Assembly (NCBI RefSeq): GCF_964204645.1
Contig: NC_134035.1
Location: 9,332,451-9,396,450 of the forward strand
Origin: Tubulanus polymorphus
Lineage: Eukaryota; Animalia; Nemertea
Direction: 5' to 3'
Length of the DNA stretch: 64,000 bases
The notes under the pieces were generated by a model, which searched no databases, had not been told where the DNA came from, and saw nothing but the letters and a program-made list of their open reading frames with translations. A program made the position numbers and the translations under genes. Below, piece by piece: positions 1 to 13,000 of the stretch. Every line of letters begins with the position of its first letter. Position 1 is the stretch's first letter.

Positions 1-1380
1 TATCCTCAACTCGGACTTTGCTTACCTCGGACTGCTTTTACCTCTCCCGGTTTGTCAAGAGTTAGGCCAGGTCTACTGTACTAAGCTAGATCAGTAGAAG
101 TCTGTATGTAAAGTAGCTATGTTTGTAAGTCTGTTTGAAGAATAGGAAGCTAAGTCTGCTAAATCTGTATGTAGAAGCTAAGTCAGTTTGTCTGGGGTTT
201 TGGCGGAAATGGATGAACAAAAATGACTTTTCCGGCCATTAAACCATGGACCCATTCGTTTTAGAGTCCTTGATTAAGCGAAGCAAATTTTAAGATTTAT
301 CATTTGTCTTTATAAAATTTTCATTGCAAAAAAAATTCCAGATACTTTGAAGAGCAGATTCTCGAATTTTGAAGGGGTGGACCAATCCTACCCACCCCTT
401 AAATCTGCCCTTGTGTACGTAGCAATACGTGGAATAGGGACACTCAGCCCGTAGTCCAATAGAGTAGCTAAGTCAGTATGGCTGTATATTGAACCTCACT
501 CAAAGTAGAATATAGAAGTCTGGATGCAGCGGTATGTCTGGCGTACGAATGTATGTAAGATCGGAAATTGTAGAAGCTCAGTCCATATTAGAGAAAAAAG
601 AAGCTTAGTCTGTAATACTAACTTACCCGCTCACGACACCAGCACACAGAGACAGTATTAAACAGTAGATAAGTCCTTTATTGCGACGACAGCTCAACGT
701 CTCTATTGATCACACCCCGACTGACTGACGTTCTATCCACTACCACTGCGAACGACCGTAAACGCTATTGAGTTGTGCGATTGGCAACAGTTGTGTGAGA
801 GACAGAGGTCTGTCGCGTACGCCTAGTGTCGGCAATATTCAGCTATAACTGCAAACAATAGACCTAATGTATACAAGCCTACATCGACACGCGGTTAATA
901 TGTATTGAACACATCCATTAGGTTTTTAGATTCAGGCCTGCTGGTAGACATGAAATTCAAGGTGGCCACTTTTCTACAGTTTCTCCAAACCCTCGATCAG
1001 TTTTCCCTGATTTAACACTAAATTTCCTGAGTGAATCAGAGAAATTTCGGGGCCGAAATTTCATGGTTTAAAAAAAGTTACAATTTTTTTTTTTCATGGA
1101 ACACGTATTGATAAAGAAACAGTAAATATTAGGCGTGTTGCTGGGTATCCAAATTCCCTGAGTTTCCCAGATTTTTTTTGGCAAAATTTGTTAAATTCCC
1201 TCCCTGATTTTTTTCTAGATTTTTCTGATTCCTTGAGTTTTCCAAGTCAGGGGCCCGCCACTCAGACGTCAGAATTGTACTAACTTCATCAATTTCTTTT
1301 TACATTTTCATCAATTGCTAGTTCCAAGGTCTAGGCCTAAAGGTTATTCACTTTCTTTTGTCTCAGACCTATTTATTCAG

Positions 1381-1621
1381 TGCGATTCAAGAATAGGGGA
1401 CTGTAGTAATTAGTATAGCAATAGTAGTATATATGTAGTGATATACCCTTATTTGATAACTATCATGATAGTTATCAAATAAGTAATAATAATAGTAATT
1501 GATAATGATGATATATCATGATAGGGTCCAATGATAGTAATATATATAGTAATAAATGAAGATTAGGGAACTAAACCTCACCCTAAACCTAACCACTGGT
1601 CCCCTATTCTTGAATCTTACA
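1381..1621. mobile_element. MITE with ~18-bp TIRs and an internal perfect 36-bp palindrome (1448-1483)
   Basis: GATTCAAGAATAGGGGAC ... GTCCCCTATTCTTGAATC; the internal palindrome is CTTATTTGATAACTATCATGATAGTTATCAAATAAG. Confidence 0.65.
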
Positions 1622-3375
1622 TTATACGTAGGCCTCTATCTAAAACTGAACATGCTGAAAAAGCTACCATTTCTTACTATTCTAATTTAAGTCTGTTAAT
1701 TGTAATACACATTTATGCAAAATTTTCAACCGTTGCCCGCGGATAGATAGAACCAGCAGAGGCAGGGCCGGGTACGTAATTAGTCGGGTAGGCACTAATA
1801 GTAGGCCTACTAACTCTTTAAGTCAAGTCAGGGCGCTGGAAGAGTCGTGGAGAGTGGATCGACGGGGTTTTTGAGACTGAGGAGAGAGCGAGGAGACAGC
1901 AGAGCCAGGTGAAACACCACTCATGTCAATCACAATTGCGGCATTCATGGACAAGCGGCCGGCTATGCCACTGGGGCTCGTATCAGAGTGGTAAACTTAC
2001 AATTCTGATACGAGACCCATGCGGCTATGGGCCGTTTGTCATTCCGAATTACTTGCATGCCTGTCCAAATTTTGCGCCATGGCGCCACCTGCATTCGGGA
2101 ATTGTCTATGCACAGGCAACCAGTTTACAGGCAACCAGTCCATTAGCAGGATGTTGTAGACTGGTTGCCCGTCGCACCGGTAACCAGTCTAAGGATGTTG
2201 CCGCGTATTTTAAAACTTAATTAATTTATTTGTTCATTGTTTTATTACTGTCCATCCTGTATATACGAACATCCTTGATTTATTGTATTAAATCCGCTGC
2301 TAATCGCTTATTAAAGAATTGGATTCATACCCGGAAAGTATGGAATACGCATGCGTGATGTTTTGTTCGCCTAGGATTGTGGGATAGATAGAAAGAGGTT
2401 TGTGGGTATTCAGAGAAGAGAGAGAAATTCAGGTAGGAACTGTGAGATTTTGACGTCCAAATTTCGTTTATTTTCTCAGTCGACGCTAATTTTCCCATCG
2501 GAAAATGATAGTTAAACAACTCGGCCGTTGAATACAAATGATTGAAACGTGACACTGGCACAATTGAGGGTATTTTAACGGGCGAAATGGACTGCCGAAA
2601 TCTGGTTGTTTTGTTTCATCTCATGACGACATAGGGCAGGCAAGGCGGCGATGACTCCGTAACAATAAACACTACTCATTATTTCTAGCTAAACAGCTTT
2701 CGGGGAATTTATAACTACTACGTTTGTAGAAATACCATTTTCATTTTATTTTTACAGTAGCTATGTTGGTAAATTTAATAAATGCTTCTTAAAGGCTCAC
2801 AATAATTCCACTTCCAGGGAGTTTGTACAGTGAATCGTGAAAAGATTAAAGGGCCGGATTAAAGAGAAAGTGAATTCATTCAGGGAAAATTTGGTTCTTC
2901 TCTTGTCACGCAGTGTACTGACACTGACAGTCCATATTGATTGTGTAATTTATTGATCTTTCAAGAAGCAGCCCTCTATTTTGTAGGGCTATCAAAAGGA
3001 GCTTACAATGAACGTAAAATCTGAAAATGGTCTGCATTTCAAAATTGAAGAAATCCCAATGAATTTTCAGATATTCTGAAAAGAAATTTAAGGCTTGTCC
3101 AATGTACTCCCACCCAGTAAGGGAACAGGCACTTAGGACTGGCATTGGAATCCAAGAGTAGAAACTTAGAAATGTAGATTAAAATCACAACACAATGGTA
3201 TTACCTTTTTTGTGAGCACATTTAAAAGAAAGGTCCGCATTTTGAGGCAAACGAACTGCCCAAAATCAAATAAGCTACAGGCCTGGGCTGAAAATGACCA
3301 TTTATTTATCATTTGGGCTGACCCATTAGATATTCCTGGAAAATGTGACCGGATATTTTCTCTGTGCGTTTTCAG

Positions 3376-3453
3376 GTTGTGGATGGTATCTCTCAAACAG
3401 CATTGAGAGCATTGTTGAATTAAAAAAAGAAGTGGTTGAATATTTTCCTCAAG
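3376..3453 (+). other. Candidate 5' UTR exon of EIF4G2 containing a 7-codon uORF (3383-3406)
   Basis: Acceptor gttttcAG at 3374-75 and donor caag|GTaaaa at 3454. Contains ATG GTA TCT CTC AAA CAG CAT TGA. No transcript evidence. Confidence 0.4.
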
Positions 3454-4040
3454 GTAAAAACAGTGAAAGATACAACCAACCTGTTCAACCTAGCTACACG
3501 AGTCTTTTACTATTTCCTCTTAGGGCCTAACGAAAATCCTCCGTCCCCTTTGTACAGAATGTCGAAAAATGTGTATTCATTGTTCTCCCCAGCAGGTTTT
3601 AGACGGGCAGCAACCCCTTCCATTTTAACATCCATGTCCTGAAAATCAGCCACCAGAATATTAACTGCCTAGAAATTAAACATTAAACCAAAATTCAGTT
3701 AAAGTATCTGTGTATTTTGAGAGGGATTGGAAAGTGCTACTTCAGCTGCCACAGGCCTAACTATGCAAGTAGCCCCTTTAGAATTACAGCATATGAAGAA
3801 CTGCTATTTAATCATCCAACTGTTGGTTTAAGCATCTTGAGGTTGGGGGGGGGGGGGTTAAATTAACTGAAAGATTGATTTTAAGCAATTTGATTGGCCT
3901 TAGTAAGTGGATGCGTTGGATACTTGGTTCATGACAACTTATAGTTTTCATCTGCTATAAATGATCAAAAATCTTATTATTTTCAGGTGTTTCTTCTTTT
4001 TTCCATTTTTCTTTGCCTGGTTGCCACGTAGATCGTAATA

Positions 4041-7000
4041 CTGGACAGGACGAGAGGACAGGGTGGTACTTCTCGACGTGTGGGAGGAAGGTGCGTATTA
4101 TAAATATATCTCTACATCAGCCTTAATCAACGTCGACTGTGATATTGTCGATAAGATTTCAAACATGTTGTTGATGATAATGTTGAGTTTTGGAACTATA
4201 TAGGCCTATGGACAAGCAGGGTGGCTACTAAACCTGGAAATAAGGGCAGAAGGTCGAGGGATTTTCTTTTGTTTGAATAAATCAGGGAATAGTAGGGGGT
4301 TTTGTTAGAAGAAACTAAGAATCGGGGAAGTTTGTTGTGGTAGTTAGATATCAAACAGTTTTCGTCAATGTTTTACATACGTAATTTCACTGTGTTAATT
4401 GATTGGATTTGGACAAATATCGCGAAATGGCATAATTCATAGACAAATTTCACGGGGTTTTTGAGTCAAAGTACCCAGTTTTACAGTTCTTAGTTTTAAA
4501 TCATAGAATATCGAACGCGATGTAGTAAGTATATATATAATATACGCTATAACTCAATTAGATGTGAAGTCAAAAGAGTGAAGTCAAACCAGCCACTGTA
4601 GGCCTAGAAGTTCTAGGCTATATCGTCCAAATAGACAAATATCTAAGGTTTCATGTCTAGCAGTTCAATTTTCCTATGGCTGTCGGAATTATTATATCCA
4701 TTGTAATGAAATCATCTGCTACTTGTTACATAGGTAACCCGATTCCCGGTGTGTCTTAGGTTAATTGGTCAGGCTTACTGAGTCAGAAATTAGTTTGTTG
4801 AGTAGTTTGTCATCTATCTCGCCTAGGCGTTGATAGTTAAACTGCTCTGCTGCTAATTAGTGTTTGGCATAATTACTATGAGTCGCTAGTGCAGACAACC
4901 AAACACTGTTTAAACACGACTTCTGACATTTCAAACAAACCGCTACAGTCTGTGTGTGATACCGACTCGAGATAGAGATAGAGACTGAACGTTGTAGTCG
5001 CCACCTGGTTAACCGGTAGTTATCGATATGGTATATTCCAGGGAAGAAAGACCACCCCGATTTTACAGCGCTCCCAGCTCAAATCCGCCGGATTCAAACA
5101 ATCGAAGATGGATTCCACCGTGCAGTGTGAAAAAAGATTCGTATTTTAATAATGATCACGAACGCCATGATTCTGTATTTAGGAGAGTTCGCGGGTAAGT
5201 ACGCGTCAGTTGGTCTTCGTTCTTGATTAAACATCGTCATTTTGTTATCCTTTGATAAAAACGTTATATCCGTGTTTTGGTGATAATCTGTAAAAAATTC
5301 CACAATGATAACGAAAAAAATAATTTTAAGTCCGAAAATGTTTCCTCGAGCTAGTAGTTTAAGCACTTGATGGAACCTTAAATACAGGATGTCAAAATTC
5401 AGTTTAAGTCGCCGCCCTTTTGGGCAATTTGGTCTTCTAGATCTTTTTGCCCTTTAAAAATACGTAGATTAAAATATTCATAAGATTTCAATTAAAATAT
5501 TCCACAAATCAGTAGAGCCTGCACTAAATATCATTAGATAGACCCTCTTGTTTTTGCATTTAGGCTTAGAAAATGATACCTTGTTTCGGTCGGATCATTT
5601 GGTAAATTGCAACAAAATGTGTAATAGTTCATTTCTATCGCTCTTGTTATTGTAAGCTTGATCATGATTTGAATATAGTCAATGGGCGACCCTCTGGGTT
5701 CAAGTTTTCTAGGTTGGGTATCAATTTTTGAGCCTTTCCCCTTGGTCAGTTTCTGTAACCCGGCCGTACACCGGGTTCTTATAATGTTTATTATAAATCA
5801 ATGCTTTTTCGATCTAATTTTCGTTTAATTCTCTTCTCGTAGCATCCTCAATAAGATCACTCCGGAAAAGTTTGACAAGCTAAGTCTTGAACTGCTCAAT
5901 GTAGGCATCGAATCGGAGATCGTCCTTCGTGGGATTATTTTATTGATTTTTGAGAAGGCGCTCGACGAACCGAAATATAGTTCCCTGTACGCAGCTCTGT
6001 GTCAACGACTATGTGACGACGCTCCGAACTTCGAACCCGACGATTCTAAAATAACGGTAATGAATTGTGAATTTTCTGTTTAATGGTTGAACAGTTTCCC
6101 AACCAATCCTTGATTCTATGGAAATCCTTTTAAAGGTGCCTGAAACTCCTTCAATTTTTGAAATTTTGCTTAACCGCCAAATTTATGGTTTACCGAGACA
6201 GTATCAGAACCGATTAAGGAAGAGTCTTTTGTAATTAGGATATGAAAGTGATGCAGACATTTGTAATTTTGTCCTTAAAGACTTAATTGACATGAATTTC
6301 CATTATTTTTTTTTACAGTCGTTTCGGCGTTTGCTTTTAAACAAATGTCAAGATGAGTTTGAAAATCGCTCCCGTGCCACTGAAGGTAAAAAATATCAAT
6401 ACCGAAAGCGATCGCGATTCAGTTCTGTAAACCGTGTGAATATTAATTGTGTTGTCGTATTTTAGTGTATGACAAGCAAGATGGACCTCTTACCGTTGAG
6501 CAAATGGAGACTTACAGCATTGCCAAGCGTAAAATGCTTGGAAACATCAAGTTCATCGGTAATTATTATTATTCAACAATAACCTTTCAAAAACCATTGA
6601 GCGAAAACCACATTATCAATTTAAACAACTTTTATTGTTTTTTCTCACATTTCTCGGGTGGAATCCTTCCACCTATCTCCATAGTTTTTTTTTTCGAAAA
6701 TAAGTGGAATGATTCCACCTAAAACACAGGAAAAAACAAGTTGTTTTAATTGATGTTGTGGGTGATATATTCATTATGATATAAGACTGGAAATAGTCTT
6801 AACTATACTAATTACAATCTTAGATATTCAATTATTACTAAGGAACAGTTTTATATATGTTTTTTCTGTCGTTGTTCAGGCGAGCTTGGCAAACTTGAAA
6901 TGCTCCATGAAGGCATTTTACATAAATGCATTAAACAGCTTTTGGAGAAGAAAAAGAACATCCCCCTCAGTGACATGGCCGAGGATTTGGAATGCCTCTG

Positions 7001-10000
7001 TCAGATAATGCGAACCGTCGGGCGACGCCTTGATACCAACAAGGCGAAGGTAGATATCTGGAATATCTTCAGCATGAATCGAAGTCCCTGAATTATTGGT
7101 TATCTTAATATTAATATTGACCTAGACCGGATCATTTCGGTAAGGTGCTTCGTAAAACCGTAACTGATGGATCTTAAAAAATCGAGCCGTTTAATCCATT
7201 AGGTTAACTTATCAGGATGGCCACTACCTGAAAAAGTCGGTGAATTTTCTTTTCTTTACTAAAGTCAGGGATTAGAACCCGAGTTTTGGTAGTTTCGAGG
7301 ATAAAGATTTTTTTACAAAACCACTGCAAAACCAATTTAGCAGGAGTCTTAGGAGAAATTTGAAATTTTCTCCTTGAAAACTTATTGTATTCAGGAATAA
7401 CAGATCTAGAGACCCTGTTTGTTCTCATTATTCAGTTTGTTGTCTGCTGTTATTTTTCAGTCTTGGATGAATCAGTACTTTAAGCGTATACAACAATACG
7501 TGCAGAATAAAGATTTGCCGTCGCGTATAAACTTCATGTTGCAAGACGTGATCGATCTCCGCGAGAACGGCTGGGTGCCGCGTAAAGTGATGACAGACAA
7601 CGGACCGAAGACCATTCACCAAATACGCCAGGACGCCGTGAAAGACTTCGGCGTTTACATCCCGGCGGGTTCGTCCGGCGCCATCAGGAATAACAACATG
7701 AACTTGTTCGGTAGCGGATCGATGCATTTGAGTCAGCCGAGATCGGCGATGATCTCCGATATGTTAGGAGTTACACCCTCGATGATGAGTAAGTGTCTCG
7801 TATTTTACCGACTTTGTGATGATCACGTTTTGCGCGTGCGAAGGGTTAGAAGTTTATATGTGAAATATGAGTGTTCTAAACTGACGGCACATAACTTCGT
7901 AGGACTGACATAGTTCCCACAGAACAGGGAAATAGGGAAAAACTTGGGAATTTAAAATGATAATTCCCAGTTTGGAAATGTTTGGAATTTGAAAAATTTT
8001 CCTCAAATCAGGGAAATACTTGGGAAATTCATTTACATTTCTCGTATTGCATTTGCCTAAGGAAACTTTCTTCAGCGATTTCCCTTAAAATCAAATGTAC
8101 ACACCAGTCACCGTAAAATGTTGACTGTAGTAGGATGGTATCTGTTCATGTACATTTGGGAAAATTGAAAAATCACCCATGAAATACTTGGGAAAAACTT
8201 GGGAATTTTTAATTCATGGATATGTGGGAACCATGCTGACCAGTGAGTCAATGAACTACAGGAAAAGTTTAGTTGTGTGGAAGGAACCTAAGTTAATGAG
8301 GAAAAAAGACATTATGAAGGCATTGAAGATTAGAAGATTACTGACAAGTCTTTTAGATCTTGATCTGTGTTACGTATATGATTGTAATATATCTGTTGTT
8401 AAATGTAAAATGATGATTTGTGTTATAGGCACAGTTGGAATGGGAACGGGACCCGGTGTAATACACATGGATGGCTTCATGCCGCAGTATTCATCAAACA
8501 TGGGCAGACAGAGAAACCAACAGAACAACCAAGGTAGGATTTTGACCGTATTTTTTACCCGTACATCGATAGGATCCCTACGACTCCTTGATTTCTTAGA
8601 ATAAATACTCCTTTTAGAAAATGGAAAATGCTTTTCATTTGAGCGAAATGCCTGAAATTCGTACAATTTTGAGAATATCATTGGCAATTAGAGAATTTTT
8701 AGTCTAGTAGTTTGTAGTTGTACAATAGACTTTGCCTAGAAATTGGGACCGGGATTTTTTTTATCCGATTAGGCGGTTACAAAATTAGAAAGCGAGGTCA
8801 GGTAGTGTATGGATAAAGATTTGCTTACAATACCACGGATATAGGAGTCGGCTATAATTGGAATATGAAAGTGATGCAGATAATTCCTTTGAAATTTTCT
8901 CCAGTTAAACTCCTTGAAAGCTTCTATACAGGAATGACTGATCAGTAGGGACCCTGATTGATGATGTTTATATCGTTCTAATCTCGTTGTTCAACATTCG
9001 TATAGGATTTTACAATAACTACAACAAGCGTTCACCGGAAATGAACGGCTACGGCGGAAACGATCAGAGCCGTCGTCCGCAATCGCAACAACAGAGCGAC
9101 TCGCGACAAAACGGCGGAGGAGGCGGCATGATCGGGGGAGGAGGCGGCGCGGGAGGACAGCAACAGAATCAACAGCAGAAGAATCGCAGTTTACCGCCGC
9201 GATTCATGAAACAGAAAACCGACAGCAACGAAGAGATCAGCCTGCGACCGGCGAAGAATTTCACGATGTTCAAACCGGGCACGCCGAGCATGTTACCGAT
9301 GTCGGCGAAGACGCCGATGCATAATTTACAAAGCGCGCCGTTACCATCTCAAGCTAACAGCGACATGCCCGTGCCTACGCCACTGATGCAGAAGGTAATT
9401 TTGTTCAGAGATGTAATTCTGATTAATTCTTCATTTTAGTAGGAAAGTGTCTTCATTGGACAGTATTCTAACTTGCATGCTTGGAAAATGAGGGAGTTGC
9501 GACTTTTTCTGAAATCAGGGAAAGACTAGGGATATCAATGAGGATTAGATATTTACATCGAGTTAATTCCGCAGATGGGTTGAAGGATCCCGCCGGGAAT
9601 GTAAGAAAAGAACAACCAATAACAGTTGTTTTAATTTTGATATTGCGGGTTTGTCTCAATGATATTTATCAAGAATAGAACTAGTCTCAACTATATCCAA
9701 AGTTAAGGGAATTTGCGGTGCTCTTGCGCGTAACAAGTGGCTCAAGGAACCTTTCGAGAAGAAGCACCCTGCTGAGCATATCGTAACCTAATCGGGAAAA
9801 TTTTGGTCAAGCGGAAAAAAAATCCTGGAAATATCAGAGAATTATAGATTCCTTGATCTGTGTGTAAGATCTCTTGAGTCCCGATTATGATCAGGATTCA
9901 TGTGGTACTCGTCGCTTTCGAGAATATTGTGCGTGAAACGTTAGTCGCGTTTATATTTTCTAGCCACAAATCACGATCAAACATCAGCCGGCGCAACCAG

Positions 10001-13000
10001 AGAAAAACAAAGACAAAAAGAAACCGACGTTGACGAAAGCGGAATGTTTGGCTAAAATGGACGAGTTGTTGTCGGAATATTTGCAGACGGAATGTATCGA
10101 AGACGCCTGCGTTACGATGAGAAATATGAAAGCTCCAAAGAAGTAAGCGTTATTTAGAAATTGAGAAATAAGATAGTTCATAAGCAGTCGAGGCTTTGAT
10201 TTAAGACGGGTCTTCAAGTCCTATAGCCATGCCGACATCTTAAGACTGGGCCCGGTATTTCTGAAGTTAAAAATTGCTGGGAGATCAGAGTAGGGTGGCC
10301 ATTGACCTGGGAAACTCGGGGTAATGCGAAAGAATTTGTAATTGGGCAGAAAGCGGCCATACTTTTGATAGACTGGCTCTGCTTGATCTTCAGCAGCCAG
10401 CTACACAGTCTAGGCTTACGTTTAAGACTAGTATGTATTAAGTACTTAGCCAATCTAATAGCTTCAGACTGGGCTCGGTATTTATGAAGTCCAAAAATAC
10501 TGAGAGAAGAAATTGTGGAAGTTTAGGACACTGCAATTAGTTAATTTCTCATGTTTTATTTTAGTCATTTATATGCACAGCTTTACAAAATGCGCTTTTC
10601 AATGTTTGTTGTAGATTTTATCCGGATATGGTCGCTTTATTGATGATCAAATCAGTGGATAAAACTGAAGAGAACCGATCGGCAGTTAGCAAACTGATTA
10701 CTGGTATGAAAACTGATAACGTGATCACTTGTGAGCATTTTATGGAGGTAAGATAAACCGGTTGTTGGATGAAGTACGTTATGTAAGTGGATATATATCT
10801 TGCTGTCTCAAAAAAGATTGATTTCACTTACCTGGAAACCAGGGATTGTCTTTACTTTGAAAAAGTCGAGGAATTTTGAAAAAAAGGCTAACAATCGGGG
10901 GAAGTCAGGGAAATTTATTTAGATTGCGAGATCTTAAAATCAAACAATTTCCATCAATATCTTTGAATTTGATAGTGTTAAGTGATCGGATCTTTAGCAG
11001 ATCGAGTCAGGGAAAACAATATAGCCTACAGGTCAGGGAATAGTCAGGGAAAAAGCGAGTCAAATAAAAAGTGACCACCTCGTTTCAAATCTGATTAACA
11101 TGAAATATTTGCATTATGTTCCAGGCGTTCTCGTCTTTGATGGATCAGATGTCCGATCTGGAAATCGACGTGCCGCTCGTGCGTTCGTTCGTGGCTAAGT
11201 TCGCGGCGTTGGCCGTCACCGATGACATCGTACAGTTGGCCGATCTCGCCGAGCCGATGTCGAACGGTGCCTACTATCCGCTGTTCATGTTGTGTCTGCA
11301 GCAGATACACAAACTGAAGGATAAAGATTGGTTGTATAATGTGTTCATTGAAAGTAAGATCAACTTGCAGAGTATGCTTCCCGGTAAGTGAAAGATTTTC
11401 ATTCGGTTTTTGAATTTCTACGCCGTAGACTTGGGGGCCAAAGTTTGAGGAAAACTTGCTTGTCCTTCATAACATTAATGGTTTTTGGTTAGTTTAGTTG
11501 CTGTTTTCAATTGCGAAGACCATTATTTCCTAACTAGAAACTCACTAGAGCTTGAACGTCTTTCACTATCTTTCAACCGTGCCCGAGTCTTTGGCTTGCA
11601 TTAATGAATTTAACTAGACATGATTACTTGGTTTGCATTTCGTTTCATTGCAATCAATTTTGTCGAGTGAAACATTATATGCCGATGAAATCATTCAGGG
11701 GTCAGGTTCATTCTTGCGCCTTCTTGTGCCTGATTGACTCAATTCACCTTATGATGATCATACATGCCAACATTATATGAAACATGAAAATGACTTATAG
11801 AATCGTATTACCAATTTCCTTTGAAAATTTCAAAAATGTGCACCTGAATTTGTAAAAAATGGATGTCTGCTTAAAAGAATCTATGAAAAAATGAAAAAGG
11901 CTTGAAGAATCAGTAAAGAAAACATGTTGCTTTTTCGAAAAATTTTGGAAAAGTTATGTGAAAAAATGTCAAGTTAATCTTTAATCCGAGTCCTCCAACT
12001 TAGTGATTAACGCTAGAAGATATTTTCGTCGAATCGTTAAAGAATGATTACGTTTTATTGCAGAGGTCGACCGTAACAATGAACGCATGATGGAAATATT
12101 GGAGGATCGTAAACTCAGTTTCATGTTTCCGATGTTACGCGTGAAGAACGACCTGTGGAAACAGATCGTTAAAGATCCGAACGCTACGAATCTTTACAAA
12201 TGGATTAAAGAAAACGTCGACGCTAAACTGCACACATCAGCCGAGTTCATTAACGTACTCACTACTACGTAAGTTACGCAAACTAAATAATATCAGTTCT
12301 TAACCAATGATTTTGTCATTCGAATCACTTAGAATTTCAACCAAGAACTGTTGAGATTACTGGAATCATTTGTAGGATTCTGTTTGATCTTAAAATAGGG
12401 TTCGACCCAGTTATTTATTTGAATAGTAGATTTCGTTTGATTTGTTTTGATGTGGTGTCCCTTACAAACCCACCGCACCTGCTGGGAGCGAAAAACAGGG
12501 GGGCTTGATTTTGATGTCGGACATTGACGTACAGATATAGTTGTGCGATCGTCGGTCATATTTACAGAATTTTTGGTTTAAATCGAAGTAGGTTATTGGA
12601 AATTTCGGTTCCGGTTCAGCCCGAACTGGCAAGCGACTGATTGGGGTTAGATTTTTTTGGCTGCCTAATTTAATATAACCCAATATGGACCAGGTTATAT
12701 ATTAAGTATGGCTTAGCTTTCAAAACCAGTCTTAGACCTCTCAGTTCTTTTTCAGTCGATAATTTTTAGGCCAGTTGTGTAGTCATGGCTTATATTTAAA
12801 ACTAGCCTAAAACTATCTTAGTTCTAAAAGTGAATCTAACAAAATAAGACCAGTCTTAATCACTTTTCATGACTGTTATTAAGCCAAGAATCAGATGAAA
12901 CTGGTGTTGTAGTAAATTTCTAATGAATTCCTTTCAATTCCCAAACTATCTCTACCCCGATCTATATATCAGCTCTCAAATTGTGACTTTTATGATGAAG

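Noticed and set aside
1909-2220. 103-aa ORF upstream of EIF4G2
   Set aside because: It starts at GTG, overlaps GGCAACCAGT repeats of a probable transposon relic, and has no recognisable homology.
8245-8345. Intronic C/D snoRNA in EIF4G2 (ATGAGGA...CTGA about 85 nt before the acceptor; human EIF4G2 hosts a snoRNA)
   Set aside because: Non-canonical C box, too short, no terminal stem and no recognisable antisense guide.
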